Assembly: GCA_965153285.1 (NCBI GenBank)
Contig: OZ229115.1
Origin: Podarcis tiliguerta
Lineage: Eukaryota
Length of the DNA stretch: 64,000 nt
Direction: 5' to 3' (one strand)
Shown: positions 25,029 to 39,441 of the stretch, one piece after another
How the letters are laid out: every line of letters begins with the position of its first letter
Numbering within the stretch: position 1 is the stretch's first letter
The notes under the pieces: generated by a model
The model's input: the letters and a program-made list of their open reading frames with translations, nothing else
Told to the model about the DNA's origin: nothing
The model's database searches: none
Translations under genes and position numbers: made by a program

Positions 25029-27268
25029 GTTTTAATGGAAATCAAAAACAACTAAAGATCCTGGGAAGGCTGTCCTTTAGAAATTGACTTAAGTCCTGGT
25101 TTTCAGCCATTTTCTTTTCAGAATTTCTTAGCTGTGCTTAAATCTAGTGCATGTTGCAGGTACTGTAGCATATATCAAGAGACTAATTGCCAAAGAGTTA
25201 ATTTGTGCTGTCTGTGGTTTATCAGTAAAGTCATTTTAACTGAAAATATACAGAGAAGTGTTTTGGCTGTCTATATTTAGCTTTCATCTGTTGCTGTCAC
25301 AGATGAATATCTTGGATCTTTCAGCTCAGCAGGAATATTCTCTGTTTAGGGTAGCTGCATGAGTATGGTATGATTATTATAGTTTAGCGTGATGATAACC
25401 CCCTTATATAATCACATGAAACACTTGTGGGATTATTTACTACAGGTTGTGGTTTAAAATGTGAATAGATGATTCTGCTTGTTTGGACAAAGGCAGCTAT
25501 GTCTTCGTTGGCAATGAAATTTATTGTTTGGGTATGCAATAGGCTCGTTATTGCTGCGGAAAATCATTCCAAGATGCAGTGCGGGTATCTGAAAATACAG
25601 AAAGCTCTGGATACAGGTAGCTGCACAAGCAGTGGAAGAGAATATGTTTTAATGATTCTCTGACAGTAATGTACTCCCAGCAAAAGTAAAGTGGGGCAGC
25701 TCAAAGTGTATCTAAAACTGGGAGAGCTGTTTCAGCAGGACCAATTAGCAAAAGAATTGAGCTGCTGAAAAAAACCAGTGCTTAGATGCAGCCCACAAAA
25801 TCCTAAAATAGTAATAACCATATTTAAGGGGAAATGCTTTAAAAAGAGAGGAAAAAAGAATGTGATAGAAATGAAGTTTCTTGAGCTGAAATGAGGACAG
25901 TGGAAACATTTTATAACATTGCAAGTTTGAATCATGGGATAGTTTTCTAGGGAATGAACTGTTGTGAGCCTAAAACATCTGGTGCATATAACAATTTACA
26001 GAGAAGTCACTAACATGTATTTATTAACTTGTATCCTCATCCAAAAACTGGTTGAAGTAGAACATATAAATTAAGCCATGATAGTCAAATGCAAGAAAAT
26101 AGGGTTATATCTGTGTGAACCAACATACTGTGGCTTGTTTGGGTTGGGATTGTGTATTAGCCACTTTCATTGGCATATATACCATCAATTTGCAATGTGT
26201 CCATGAGAAATGATCTTCTACATATTCATACCAAAGTGTATGTGGGAAATTATCTTCTATCTTGTCATAGCTACATGACAATCTTATGTTAATGATGAAA
26301 AACAATATCAATTCCCACTGTTTTAGAATTGGATGCTAAATTGTATGAATATGCAGTAATGGTCAAGTTAGCAAAATTACTATGTTTAATCACAATTGGA
26401 AATCTTTGTTTTGTTTTGTTTTGTTTGTTTTTTGCAGAATAAGGCTAACACTCCTGAAATGTAAATAATTTATTTTAGTGGCTGTGACTCAAAATATGTT
26501 TACATGGATATGAGATATGCACTCTTTGTACCTTTTCTAATTTTAAGTTCTTAAAAAAATTACAAAATACACATCAGTAGTTATCTACTCTTGAGATGTT
26601 CTGTTCCGTGGGACCAAGTACAGACTGGGGAGAAGGATTGACTGATGCCCCAAAGAACCTAGTTGCAGGGATTCCAAAGAAAGATGCACAAAATTCTAGA
26701 GTGTTTAGTTCTAGAGCTTTATTATAGAGATCTATAATCAATGCAATGCAATGCAGGGTTCCTGGCCACTGCCTCAGGACGGACACTGAAGCAGCAAGCA
26801 CTATGACTTTGTCTGTGAGGGGCTAGTCATGTATGGGTTACTTACACGAAAAGCTGCAACAATAACCCAGTTAACCACTCCTGGTTTAGAGGCTCGTTCC
26901 CCACTGCCATTCCCTCTCCCAGCTTACTAAACCAAAAGCTAAGACTCAAGCAAGCAGATAAGCATATAGGATCTCCTTTTACAGCTTGCACCAATTATTC
27001 CTGGGGTTATCCTGATGTTGGTGTTTAGAGGCTTTCCAGGACATTTGAACCATTTGGTTCTATTCACGAGGTTGCAAACATGTGGACAGTCCTAGCATTC
27101 TGGAAGAAGTCAATTAATACTGAAAAACAACCCAAAAAAACTTTTACACCTCATTTAAGATGCAATTATCTTGGCCTGAAGAAAAAGTCCATGAGCCCAA
27201 ATGCTCCCTTCTCCTTCTCTTCTTACCCCTCTTCCTAGCCTGACTTGTTAAAACAACAGCTTCCCATG

Positions 27269-27409
27269 ATCATAGAATTGTAGAGTTGGAAGGGACTCTG
27301 TGGGTCATCTAGTCCAACCCCCTGCAATGCAGGAATATGCAGCTGTCCCATATGGGGTTCGAGCCTATGACCTTGGTGTTATCAGCACCACACCCTAACC
27401 AATGGAGCT
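27269..27409 (-). mobile_element. SINE with tRNA-Ile-like head and CR1 3' tail
   Basis: The minus strand reads AGCTCCATTGGTTAGGGTGTGGTGCTGATAACACCAAGGTC..TCGAACCC, then GGGTTGGACTAGATGAC..GTCCCTTCCAACTCTACAATTCTATGAT (CR1 tail). Confidence 0.82.
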
Positions 27410-28586
27410 GTCTGCCGGCAGTATAGTTTAAGCACTGCTTACAAACCAGGATATGAAACATGGATCAGACATACCACAGTTTATCAGCCCAAGATTGCTG
27501 TGTCTGAACCATGTCTTAGTCACTCAGAATTGCCCTCTGCATATCAACAAATAGCATAAAGTCCTGGAGAGGCCCTAGATGCACATTTGGTCAGATAAAT
27601 GCAGGCTAATGACATTAATGATGGGTATTTCAACTTCTTTTGGAACTCCAGCCCTGTCTACCTCCCAGCCATAACTTGTGTCTAGCCTGGGTTTAGTCTT
27701 TTTGTATTCCTAATCTAGCAGGCAGCCACCCTCAAACACTAGTTAATTATTGAGATGGCTTGTCCTCTGTCTCCCCCTCAAATAGCTATGGCCAGAAATT
27801 TCAGCTACCATCATATGAACATCGTCAAATGCCACTGACTTGACTGATATTTTTCCCCCACATTCTCATTTCAAAATATACTTTCAAATCTAAACACTTA
27901 AAATATCTTATTTTCAGTTGCGCTTCATTTTATGGTCTAGCTCTACCTTCCTTACATTGCTTTTTATTTTTAAGGCCTATGGCCCTACATGCCCTATCTA
28001 TATTCCTGTTTTCAGCTTCCATCTGGATTCTGTCATTACAAGCGTGTAATTTTAGTTTGAATCTTTATTTGAAGCTTCTTACTGCAAACAGTCTCCAAGT
28101 GGTCCCTTTCAGCAAGTCTGATCATGGTTCTAACAGAATTTAAGGCTTGCAGAATTTAGGAATGTAAGGCTGCGGAGGAGATGGTGATGCCTAAAAGCAT
28201 TGCTGCATTGCACTACTTATGCATTTGAACTATATATAGCAGAATTTAAACAGAAAATGAAGGAATCCTGATGTGCTTCTCTTTCCAGTACATTAGGAAT
28301 AGAATACTTTTGAAAAATAATGAATCAGACAGATTTTCTAGCAGCCGTATTTGACTCAAACATTAGGCTTTCTTTCTAGTTTTTAGCCCATTCCCCCAAA
28401 TGAATCTGTAGGGTGCTTCTATGCCTTTTATGTAATAGATGCCTGGAGGTACATAGCAGTTCTGTACTTCATCTGCTCTTCCTATAATCTGGAATTGTAC
28501 AGCTGAAGATAATGCTAGACAACACTCTGTTCTACATGAAGAAGAGTTCTGCATAACTTAAGCTGCTATATCAGAAGTATTTGGTC

Positions 28587-28612
28587 ATATATATATATAT
28601 ATATATATATAT
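28587..28612. repeat. (TA)n microsatellite
   Basis: Direct reading. Confidence 0.9.
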
Positions 28613-31600
28613 GGCAGCAGGTGCCCATTCTTCATCTGTCTGCCTTACCTGAGCTGCCGGTAAAGGCCCAAGTAACATTTCTAAAAGCCCACTGCCGAAC
28701 ATTTATCCCAACAAACTCAACTACATTACAATAGACTGTATTGGGTATTTGTGGTTCAGCTTCTTCTAGGATGTTAGTTGAAACACACATGTGGTCATAG
28801 TGATCAGAAGCCACTAACACTTGAGAGCTGTTTAGTGGCAGGAACTATTTCACTTTAGATACGTAATGGATATGTATCTGTCAAAGTTGCTGTTTCATTT
28901 GTTTCTCATTATTGGATGACAATCACAGGAGAGTTGCTTGGAATGGTCAAGTTAAGGGATAGAAACAGCAGTCAAAATTGACACATCAATGTATGCAAAC
29001 CGCTTTCTGCTTGCTCCCCAGTGCTGTATCAGAATCTCCAATTATTGAAGTGTGTCTGCATGTATATATTTTTCTCTGTGGAAAGCTTGCTTGGATTTTG
29101 AATTCGTTAGTAAAAAATACATCTGTGCACTTCAGAAGAGAATCCCCAAAGCAGCCCACATCACATCCTGCCAACTGTGATTACCCATTATGAATAATAG
29201 AGCAGACGGTTAAATATTCTTTGATAAATATCCTAAACCAACTAGATTCAAACTTGCTGAGGAAGTTCTCATTGAGAGAACACCAGCTACAATTACATTA
29301 GCTCTTGCCTGCTTTATACTTCAAATAGTAATTTACAGACACACACAACACCACCACATGCATATGCTTTTGCCATACAGAAGAATATTCTTGGTGCAAT
29401 AATAGCATTTAGTATTAGTTTCTGTTCCATGGCCTGAGGTTGCTTGTTGGGGAGTGGTGTGCATGTGTACTTTGTGGCACACCATGTCAGCATGCCAGAT
29501 ATATTTAAGCCCATTATCTTCTCCATCTTCTGTTTTTTTAAGGAAGTAAAATGACAGGAAGCCAGGGAGAAGCCTGGACTTCTTGATATCACGAAGGAAC
29601 CCCTCTAAGTGCAAGTGATGGGCAAGAACTACAGTGGATCCCTTTGGGTAGCTACCCGGAATTTATATGTCACTTGATGACATGTGGCTGGTTATGACAA
29701 TGGTTGGCATACACAACCATAGAAGTAAAGCTAGCTATCTGAGATAACTGAGCAAGGAATATGAAACCATGTAGGAAGACTGACCGCAGGAACTAGGCCA
29801 GAGGAGGAAGGATCCAGAGTCCTTTGCTCAAGGTTTTCTGCAAGAGTTGCAGGCTCCCCTTCTCCATTCTAAGGTTGCAAAGGGGAGCACCGAGGAAAGA
29901 AAAGGATACCATCACGTGTGCACTGATTTACTTCAGATCATTCCACAAACAGGAATCCACACATGAATAATTTTTATGTCAAAACCATATTAAATTGAAC
30001 ATGGTGAGCGTAATTCACTGCAAACGTCTTCTATCCTTCCCTGTTTCAACCAATGGAAATTACAGTATATGATCAACTTCCATTCAGGTCAGAATGGGAG
30101 AAGTTCTGGTGGATGGTGGAAATTCAACTTTCTCCAGTTGTCAGAAATAGCTGGGGCCAAGAAACAAGGTCTGTGTGAGTGACATGGACCTTTTAGTGCA
30201 GTTGAGGTATTACTATTCTGCAACCATTTGGAAGTGCAGTTATAACTTGGTTCCATACAGCACATAATATACTGTCATTTTTACCATTACAGTCAATAAA
30301 TTGCATTCATATTTGCTGTTTACCTATTTATTATTTGTACTTATAACCATGGGTTGTTTTTTTAAAAATTAAAACCCCAAACAACTAATGCAAAATAACA
30401 AAACAGAAGCTCTGATCCATGCTTGTCAACAACGGGAATGATGGAAGCCATTTTTTACTTAGAAGTAACTCCCTACTTTCTAGAAAGTATATTTGGAACT
30501 ATTTCCTTTAATCACCAATGGTCTCCCTGGTGGTTGGAGTTTAACACTCCTTATATAGCTAAAATTGCCTTTCCTTTTTCTGAACTGGCTTTCTTTAAGC
30601 CCCTGCTCTCAGTTGTTTAAGGATTGTCAATCCCCACAATTTTTCATCCTCATTTATTTATTTGCATACTTTTGTAAAACCATGTAATAAAAATTATCTC
30701 TAGCCATTGTGCCCCTGCTGTTCCCTTCCTCAGTAGCAGCAAATTGTAGTGGTTAAGGGGAGATGGTGCCAACACTATTCATGCTTCTGGGTAGCCATGG
30801 TTCAGCCCTTAAGGATTCCCAGTTTTCCTCATGTGGAACCTTGTGTATAAATGAAACTGAACATTTTGGTTTCCTCCAGCAGCTAACTGCGCAGTCCCTT
30901 TCTCTTCTACCCCTTCTTGCACTGCTCCAAGCAATGGTATGCATGTCTGTCATTTTACCTGTCCACAGTGTACAGGCTGGTTTTGCAGTTGTGTTGTAGA
31001 TTCTAAAAAGTCACCACAAATCAGCTCTGAAAAGACATGCAAGTATTTGACAGTGATGTGGCCTGGATATTCTGTAGAAAGGGAATCAGTAAAGGATGGC
31101 AATTCTACTCAAAACAAAAGGGTAAATTAAATCCAGGATTAGGGGTCAGATGGATTCTTGCAATGTTTTTATGTCTTGGTCATTTTGTTCCCCCTGGCCT
31201 GGAAGGACTATCAAGCTTTCCAGGTCAAGCTGAATCTTTACCACTCAGCTGTATCTGACTTGCTTCAAAACTTAATTTTTGACTTCTGTTTCCTGACTCT
31301 TCATACAGCAGCTGCCTAAGGGGCAGAGCATTGATCATTCTCATGATTCATGAAATCTAAAAGACTCATCCTTTAATTAAAAGTAACTTCAGTTTATCAT
31401 TAGAAGGGAGTAGATAGAACAAATGGATTTTCTTTTGGTATGCATCTTTTCTGCGACAGCCTGTTCTTAGAAGATGTCCACTAAAAGAGTGATGCATCTT
31501 CATTGTTGTTAAAATAAATCTGAAGTTTTGTCCAGGCATCAGAGACACTTCAAAGACTTGAGTGGGATTAGTTATGTGGGATGTGTACTTTAATCAACTT

Positions 31601-32398
31601 GAAATCCCAGTTCTGTGGTGGGCTAATGTTTGCTGTGGGGAATAATAATTTGCATTCTTATGGATTGATAATTTCTCCCTTTTGAGCAATCAAACCTTGT
31701 TTTCACTGAATCATACAGTTTATAACTATTCATGTACTGCAGTTTTTGGTTAGCCCACCATCTTGGAAATGTCAAGCAAAAGATGAGGAAGGTCCTCAAA
31801 ATATGTTGCCTGTTTTTAAAAGAGCTTTTCAGAGGCTGGCTTCTGGAAGCATTCAGCTGTGAAGTAGCAGATGTTGCAAACAAGCTGTGGGATGAGGAGA
31901 GTGGGAGAATTCTTTCTCACAAAATACAAGAAAATGGGTTCCGCTTGTTCTACAAATAGTCTTCCTTCACCCCAAATCTATTTGCATCAGGATAATATTG
32001 CTCATAGTCGCCCCCCCCATCCTCAGCACCAACCCCTTTTTCTTACTCTGAATTAAACATTCTACAGGAAATATTTCAGGTACACCAAAAAGATTTTGTT
32101 GTACAACTTTTTGTCTAATTAACAAGGCTCTCCTAGTTATTTCTATCTTCCCTGGACCCAGAGCATTGTAGCAGAGCATGGTTGACATCCTGCACATTTT
32201 AGAAAAGGGTTGATCATCATGTTTATGTGAGGTACTCATATATGACAGCACAGACACTTGCAAAGCTTTGTGAAATAATGCAGGATGATTTACCACACTC
32301 TGCTGATTACAAAGAAATGAATGGGCTGCCAGCCAACTATACATGCTTCTGTGAAGGTTGTCTCTAAAGTGTGCAGTAAGCCTTTATAACTGCAGAAG

Positions 32399-33372
32399 CA
32401 TCCTGACTCGGCCCCAGACACATTAATCAGATGCTTGGAAGCTGTGGCTGGATGGTTACGTGGGAGCCGGTTGAAGTTAAATCCTTCGAAGACAGAGGTC
32501 CTCTGGCTGGGACGGGACGATATGGGATTGAGGAGGCAACTCCCATCTCTTGCGGGAGTGCAATTAGTGCCAGCACCGTCCGTTAAGAGTTTGGGTGTAA
32601 TCTTCGATACCTCCCTCTCCATGGAGGCGCAGATTGCAGCTATAACAAAGGCAGCATTTTTTCATCTCCGCCAAGCTAAGCAGTTGGCTCCTTATCTCTC
32701 TCGCCCTGACCTAGCCACTGTGATCCACGCGACAGTCACCTCCAGACTGGATTATTGTAACTCGCTCTATGTGGGGCTGCCCTTGAGACTGACCCAGAAA
32801 CTCCAGGGGGTGCAGAATGCCGCAGCGAGACTCCTTACGGGGTCTTCGCTGCGAGATCACATTCACCCGGTGCTATACCAGCTGCACTGGCTCCCCGTGG
32901 AGTACAGGATCAGGTTTAAGGTGCTGGTTTTAACCTTCAAAGCCCTATACAGCCTAGGACCCTCATACCTACGGGACCGCCTCTCCTGGTATGCCTCACA
33001 GAGGAACTTACGGTCCTCAAATAAAAACATCTTGAAGGTCCCAGGCCACAGAGAGGTTAGGCTGGCCTCAACTAGAGCCAGGGCTTTTTCGGCTGCGGCT
33101 CCAACCTGGTGGAACGCTCTGTCACAAGAGACAAGGGCCCTGCAGGACTTGACATCTTTCCGCAGGGCCTGCAAGACAGAGCTGTTCCACCAGGCCTTTG
33201 GTCAGGGTGCAGCCTGACTCCCTCCTTTGGCAATCTTTACAAAACTTTAGTTTATGGTTGCCATCAATTTTGATTTTAATTAATTTTATAATGTTTTATA
33301 ATGTTGCACTATTTTAGTGTTGTTAGCCGCCCTGAGCCCGGCTTCGGCTGGGGAGGGCGGGATATAAATAAA

Positions 33373-33430
<58 letters not shown>
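32399..33430 (+). mobile_element. 5'-truncated copy of the same young L2 family
   Basis: ORF 32435-33217 differs from the C-terminal ~259 aa of the intact ORF at about 10 residues. It has an identical terminal stem-loop and a long (TTA)n tail at 33376-33430. Confidence 0.95.
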
Positions 33431-36069
33431 TGTAGCTGCCTTACTCCTTATCCTCCTCCTGGAATTAGTACTGTTTCACTTCTGTAGTGTCAGCACACAC
33501 AGTTCTGAAATTTAACTACGGCATATTTCTTTTCCTCTTGATTGCACATAATGACGCTCCAAGCTGAGAAAACCGTGTTTTTCTTCATTCACTTGGTAAA
33601 TATTTTTGATATGTCCTCAATGCCAAGCAAGCCATACATGCACAGTTCTGCATTGGTAATTTCCATCTACTAATACTCCCTCTGATTTATACTGGCATCC
33701 TTTAAGGAATAATATTGTAGCTGATGGATGCAGAGATTTCTTTGCATTTTCTTTGTTTCAAGTTTGCTTTATCAGGTTTTTCCCCAATTGCTAGATTGTC
33801 ACAGGTAACTGCTTATCTTCCTTTTCATCAGAAATAATAAAAAACCTTCTATATATAATTGTCTACCATGATACCCAAGACACTCTAGTTGTCATCCCAG
33901 TGTTTGAACAAGAAACTGATTGAAGTGCAGGGCAATTTTTTATGCTGCCTTAGAAGGGACAGAATCTGATTCACTTAACCTTAATTGCAGAGGCTCTGCT
34001 GGGCTAGTGAAAGTAAACAGCAGCTAAATGTAATTTTGGCTATCGCCGCAGGCAGATATTATTCCACATACTGTATACCCAGAAGAAATCTACTGAACAG
34101 AGAGATGCTGTCCGTGGGCTCCTCCTGCCTACACAGGTAGGTTCTCCACCTATAAACATAATTATAGGCAGCACCTATACAGAACAGATAGTGTATAAGA
34201 TGGCAGTAATGATAATCATAACTCTGCAAACTGCCTCGCAGTTTTTCTCATCTTCACCATAGACCTTTGAGAAGTGGAACAGCACTGGGTGTGAGCTGAC
34301 TTGCTGAAGACTGCCCAGATACTGGACCCAATCCGTGCAGGTTGAATTCCAGCCATATTTTCTCTCAGCGTTCATTGCAAGCAATTGCTTGTACTAAAAG
34401 CTGGCATTGCTTTGCAAAATAGAAACATCATTTGAATGGAATTTTCCAAAGTTTCCTTTCTGGTTTTGGGTGAGGTGGGGGAGCTAGTGTTATCTTATCT
34501 ATAATTTGTTTGAAATCACCCTTTTTTTTTAGTTGACAGGGTTAGCATTATCTTTTGGCTTTTAGAGAACATTGTGCTAAGAAAATTCCTAGCAGCTGTT
34601 ATATGAAGTTTTCCTTTCTTTTGGTTTGACTCATTGTTGCTAATCCCTTTTAGATGGTACAATGACCTAAGTGACAGAAAGAGGAGCCTTGTAACTAATT
34701 TTATCCAAATAATGTGCTTTCATGGAATGTACCTTCTGGGAGAAGCACCCAATTACTCTGCCATCAGTGTTGTAAAGAGTCAATGAAACCTCCCATCTTT
34801 CCCCAGCAAGGCATACAAATGCTTCAGTGTTGTGCTCTGCCACACCAATATAGCATGATACTTTTGACTTATAACTATGCAGATAGTGAGAGAGTTTTTA
34901 ATGTTGAGAATCTTAAGTAGAATTCATAGTTGTTGATAATTCTATGTAGATAATAACCAAAATATGAAAATCTAATTGGATCAAATTTTATTGTGAAATT
35001 TGCTAGTTGCTTTTGAAGATGTGAATCCTGTGAAATATCAGAAGGATAACTGCAGTGGTTTCCCCCCACAAGGATAGCTTGTTATACTTTTAGGATGGAT
35101 GAAAATGGACTTATTCTAGGCTGTGTATACACTAATTAATTGTCAGCACAAAAAGGTAGTTTTCATAAATTTGGCATCGTTCATGCTTGTCCTCAACATT
35201 CTTCTTTCAGTCTAGATTTATTCTATCATCCACAAGGGTTGAAGTGGATACCTGAAAACCCTCCCATTGATTAGGTTATGCAGACTTTTTCCTTCTTCAC
35301 ATGCCCTTGGTTAATGAAGAATGAGGTGGCATTGCGGACTTGGTGTATGGGCATCCACAATGTAATTAGGAAGGTGTAGATACGCATACATTTGCCATCA
35401 TCAAGACTGCTTACATCCTTTTTCATCTGTTTCACAATAAGATTTTGTTTTTTTGGGAGTGAAACCAGTTTTTCAAGAAGCAGTTGGGGAGGGGAGAGAA
35501 ATGTGCAATAGATCTAGATGGTGTGCAGACTAGGGAGAAAAAAACCAAATCTTCCTTATCCATTGGTTCTAGGATAAAATGTTGTGTTTACACAGCTGAA
35601 GTGTTTTGCGAGCAGTCGGCCTGAAAATTGCAGACATGAGAGAGAGGTACCACTGGGCAATAGACCTGCTAAATTGTAAATAAGCAGGTCCTGAGGCTTT
35701 TTGTGAGGCACCTTTAAAGTAGGTAGGGTGTGTGTAGGGTGGGAATCTGCCTTCCATGTAAAATAATTCCTTTTGATTATAAGTTAGAGCTGTCATGTAC
35801 AAAGGAGATCCTCCCTCCCTCCCTGCCAATCCTGGGATGGGGAGCGTCTTGGCATAAGCTTAGAACAGAAGTTTCACTCTTGCAGAACTCCCCCCTCTTC
35901 CCAAAGCACTGGGATTGGGGAGTACTGGTAAAAACATCCCACCTGGGCTCTTCCTCTGCACCCCCTCTCCACTCTGATGTTTGCTCTCTCTTCCACCATC
36001 ATCTCAGCCTGGCATTAGGGTAAGCCTACAGATGTTATTTTCCTTGCAGAAGATACTTCTCTGCAGTAT

Positions 36070-36360
36070 TGTTTATCTGAAGGACTGTCTCCACCCACAT
36101 CATTCTGCCTGGACACTGAGGTCCAGTGCCGAGGGCCTTCTGGCGGTTCCCTACCTGCGAGAAGCCAAGTTACAGGGAACCAGGCAGAAGGCCTTCTCGG
36201 TAGTGGCACCCTCCCTGTGGAATGCCCTCCCACCAGATGTCAAAGAGAACAACAACTACCAAACTTTTAGAAGACATCTGAAGGCAGCCCTATTTAGGAA
36301 GCTTTTAATGTTTGATGTATTACTGTATTTTAATATTTGGTTGGAAGCCACCCAGATGGG
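36070..36360 (+). mobile_element. L2 3' fragment (second subfamily); its tail resumes at 36860-36918
   Basis: YLKDCLHP...LRSSAEGLL...AFSVVAPSLWNALP...FRRHLKAALF, with a (TTA)n tail beyond the inserted SINEs. Confidence 0.8.
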
Positions 36361-36383
36361 TAAAGGGTAAAGCCACCCAGATG

Positions 36384-36744
36384 GGTAAAGGGTAAAGGTA
36401 CCCCTGCCCGTACGGGCCAGTCTTGACAGACTCTAGGGTTGTGCGTCCATCTCACTCAAGAGGCCGGGGGCCAGCGCTGTCCGAAGACATTTCCGGGTCA
36501 CGTGGCCAACGTGACATCGCTGCTCTGGCGAGCCAGAGCCGCACACAGAAACGCCATTTACCTTCCCGCTAGTAAGCGGTCCCTATTTATCTACTTGCAC
36601 CCAGGAGTGCTTTCGAACTGCTAGGTTGGCAGGCGCTGGGACCGAACAACGGGAGCGCACCCCGCCACGGGGATTCGAACCGCCGACCTTTAGATCGGCA
36701 CCCCTAGGCGCTGAGGCTTTTACCCACAGCGCCACCCGCGTCCC
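36384..36744 (-). mobile_element. Full-length Sauria SINE
   Basis: The minus strand starts GGGACGCGGGTGGCGCTGTGGGTAAAA and ends with (TACCCTT/TACCTT)n. Confidence 0.93.
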
Positions 36745-36747
36745 ATA

Positions 36748-36863
36748 AGGTAAAGGGTACAGGTACCCCTGCCCGTACGGGCCAGTCTTGACAGACTCTA
36801 GGGTTGTGCGCCCATCTCACTCAAGAGGCCGGGGGCCAGCACTGTCCGAAGACATTTCTGGGT
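36748..36863 (-). mobile_element. 5'-truncated Sauria SINE in tandem with the previous copy
   Basis: Near-identical to about 36388-36498 (GGTACCCCTGCCCGTACGGGCCAGTCTTGACAGACTCTAGGG...). Confidence 0.9.
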
Positions 36864-36871
36864 ATATATAA

Positions 36872-36920
<49 letters not shown>

Positions 36921-37419
36921 TTCTTTTTTGGATTACAGAGGAGCTACAAACTGCTTCTACTTGTTTCTGTTCCTACTTGTGCTTCCTTGTAGAGATCCCA
37001 TGTCACCTCTGACAAACCCAAAATACTGATGAGGGATCTCACTTCAACTTGTGATTCAGGATGTGTCCAAATCTGATTTGCATTCCTACTTTTGCCTATA
37101 ATTCCATTCCATTCCACATTAATCTGCAAAATTAAATCTTCTCCAAAAATTTTTTCTCAGGCTGCATGTTTCCTCACAAAATATGCATGTGTATTTTTAT
37201 GGTTTTAAATTGCTGATACCTGCGTTGCACCATTTGGAGAAGTGAATAAGCCAGTCCTGATCCACCCTTTAATTTCAATCTATGTGGTTCATGCTATTTA
37301 TAAAGGAATTTGAGAATATCATATTCCTGAAACATCTCCGAAGAGGGTACCATTTTCCTGCCTCCATTATCTGAGTACTATTTTAAAACAGATTCCAGTT
37401 TCTGAGCAAGAAGAAACTA

Positions 37420-37661
37420 CAGTGGTACCTTGGGTTACATAAGCTTCAGGTTACATACGCTTCAGGTTACAGACTCTGCTAACCCAGAAATAGTGCTTCA
37501 GGTTAAGAACTTTGCTTCAGGATGAGAACAGAAATCGTGCTCCAGCAGCACGGCAGCAGCAGGAGGCCCCATTAGCTAAAGTGGTGCTTCTGGTTAAGAA
37601 CAGTTTCAGGTTAAGTACGGACCTCCAGAACGAATTAAGTACTTAACCCGAGGTACCACTG
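37420..37661. mobile_element. Tigger-like MITE
   Basis: TA|CAGTGGTACCT ... AGGTACCACTG|TA with internal GCTTCAGGTTA repeats. Confidence 0.9.
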
Positions 37662-39111
37662 TATTCTGCTTTCATTGTGAAAAAAATGTCTTATGAGCTA
37701 GTTACTTGTTTTCTTTTCCTTATGGATTCTTTCATCAGTAAAATTAGGAGGTGGCATTATTAAGGCCTTACCATGGTGCCTTTCTGCTGAGTAGCATTAA
37801 TAGTTGTAAACCTAATTAATTTGTTCCTTTTCAAGGCATGGCAATGCTTTCCTTATCTGCAAAACAGATAAGCCACCAACCCACACATTATGACATAGGT
37901 GTTTGTTTTTTCTCTCGATACAAGCTTTAATGCCCATATCTGAAAAAGTAACAAGCTGGGAATAGAATAGCTTTTTCAACATGATCTGAACGACTGAGGG
38001 AACTAAAAACCGTGACAGTCACCACTATATAGAGAAGCGCCAGAAAGATATGCAAAATGAGGTATTTGCTTCTAAATTGAAACACAGCCCTGAAATGAGA
38101 TTACACTGATTGTAAGAGTTAAATGGATAGATCAGAAGCCTGGTGGAAATGGTATCCTAGTTCTGCTATGTCTGAGATGTAGCTCATATGTGGGAATGAA
38201 CATCTTGTGTGTATTATAGCCTCAGCACTCTAAATACAATTAATCTCTCTCTCCTCCCCACCCCACACTTTAAGGTAGGACTGGTGAACTGCTGGCCCTC
38301 CCAACCAAAGCTTTTGAAAAGGGCTACCCTTCTTCCTATTTTGCCAGCAGTGGTGAGTAACATTGGAGAGGGCATGGTCTTCTTCAGCTGATTCTCTTAC
38401 ACCCTCTGAGCTTCCCAGTTGTGTTCTTCTACTTCCTCCCCCGACATCTGAGACCCTGTGACATGGCGCTTACTGCAGATCTTCCAAATTCTCCCAAAGC
38501 AATTTTTTTTTTTTTGGCAACACTGCTCTCATCTGTGGTTTGGGAAGAAGAGGTGAAATGTAAGGGGAGGTTGGTTGAGATAAGTAATTCCTCCCTTCCC
38601 CTGCCACATGTTTAACCCCTTATTTGCAAACCAAAAATGAAAGAGGAAGCATTGCTTCCTGCTTGGTCTGGCTCAGATATATGGGAGAAAGTCAGTGTGT
38701 GTGGAATGCAGATTGGCTGGGGTGGGTGAATGAGAGCGAGGGGCAGCTTCCTGCTCAGCCCTTTAAGCTGAGTTGCCTGGAGACATGTCCAAGAAAGGAG
38801 CTCCCTTCCTATCCTAGGACTCACCGCATGATCAATCTGCAGCCTTGGGGAATGTTTTTTTTTAATTGTTTAAGTAAGGGCTGGAAGGGGAGCAATGAGC
38901 ATCTCCTGTGACTCATGGATGGCTTCATTGTAGTGGCTGAAGAAGGTCTCGTCGTCATTTTATCTGTTTTCAAATACCACTAGTAGTGATTAGTGGTGGC
39001 ATCTTTGCAAAATCCCCCATTGGAGGCAGTAGTGAGGAATTTGGGACACTGCTCCTTTGTGTCTAGACTGAATGTAGGGCAGTCATGCAGAATTTGACCA
39101 TGCCTTAAGAA

Positions 39112-39441
39112 TGTGGGTTAAACCACAGAGCCTAGGGCTTGCCGATCAGAAGGTTGCCGGTTCAAATCCCCGCGATGGGTGAGCTCCCGTTGCTTGGTCC
39201 CAGCTCCTGCCAACCTAGCAGTTCAAAAGCGCGTCAAAGTGCAAGTAGGTACCGCTCCGGTGGGAAGGTAAATGGCGTTTCCGTGCGCTGCTCTGGTTCT
39301 CCAGAAGCAGCTTAGGCATGCTGGCCACATGACCCAGAAGCTGTACACCGGCTCCCTCGGCCAATAAAGCGAGATGAGCGCCGCAACCCCAGAGTCATTT
39401 GCGACTGGACCTAATGGTCAGGGGTCCCTTTACCTTTACCT
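39112..39441 (+). mobile_element. Sauria SINE, slightly 5'-truncated
   Basis: Typical body and tail. TSD taagaat at 39106-39112 and 39441-39447. Confidence 0.92.

Noticed and set aside
27340-27409. tRNA-Ile-like sequence (and tRNA-Lys-like sequence at 58865)
   Set aside because: The acceptor stems are broken and the sequences are fused to CR1 tails, so they are SINE heads and not tRNA genes.
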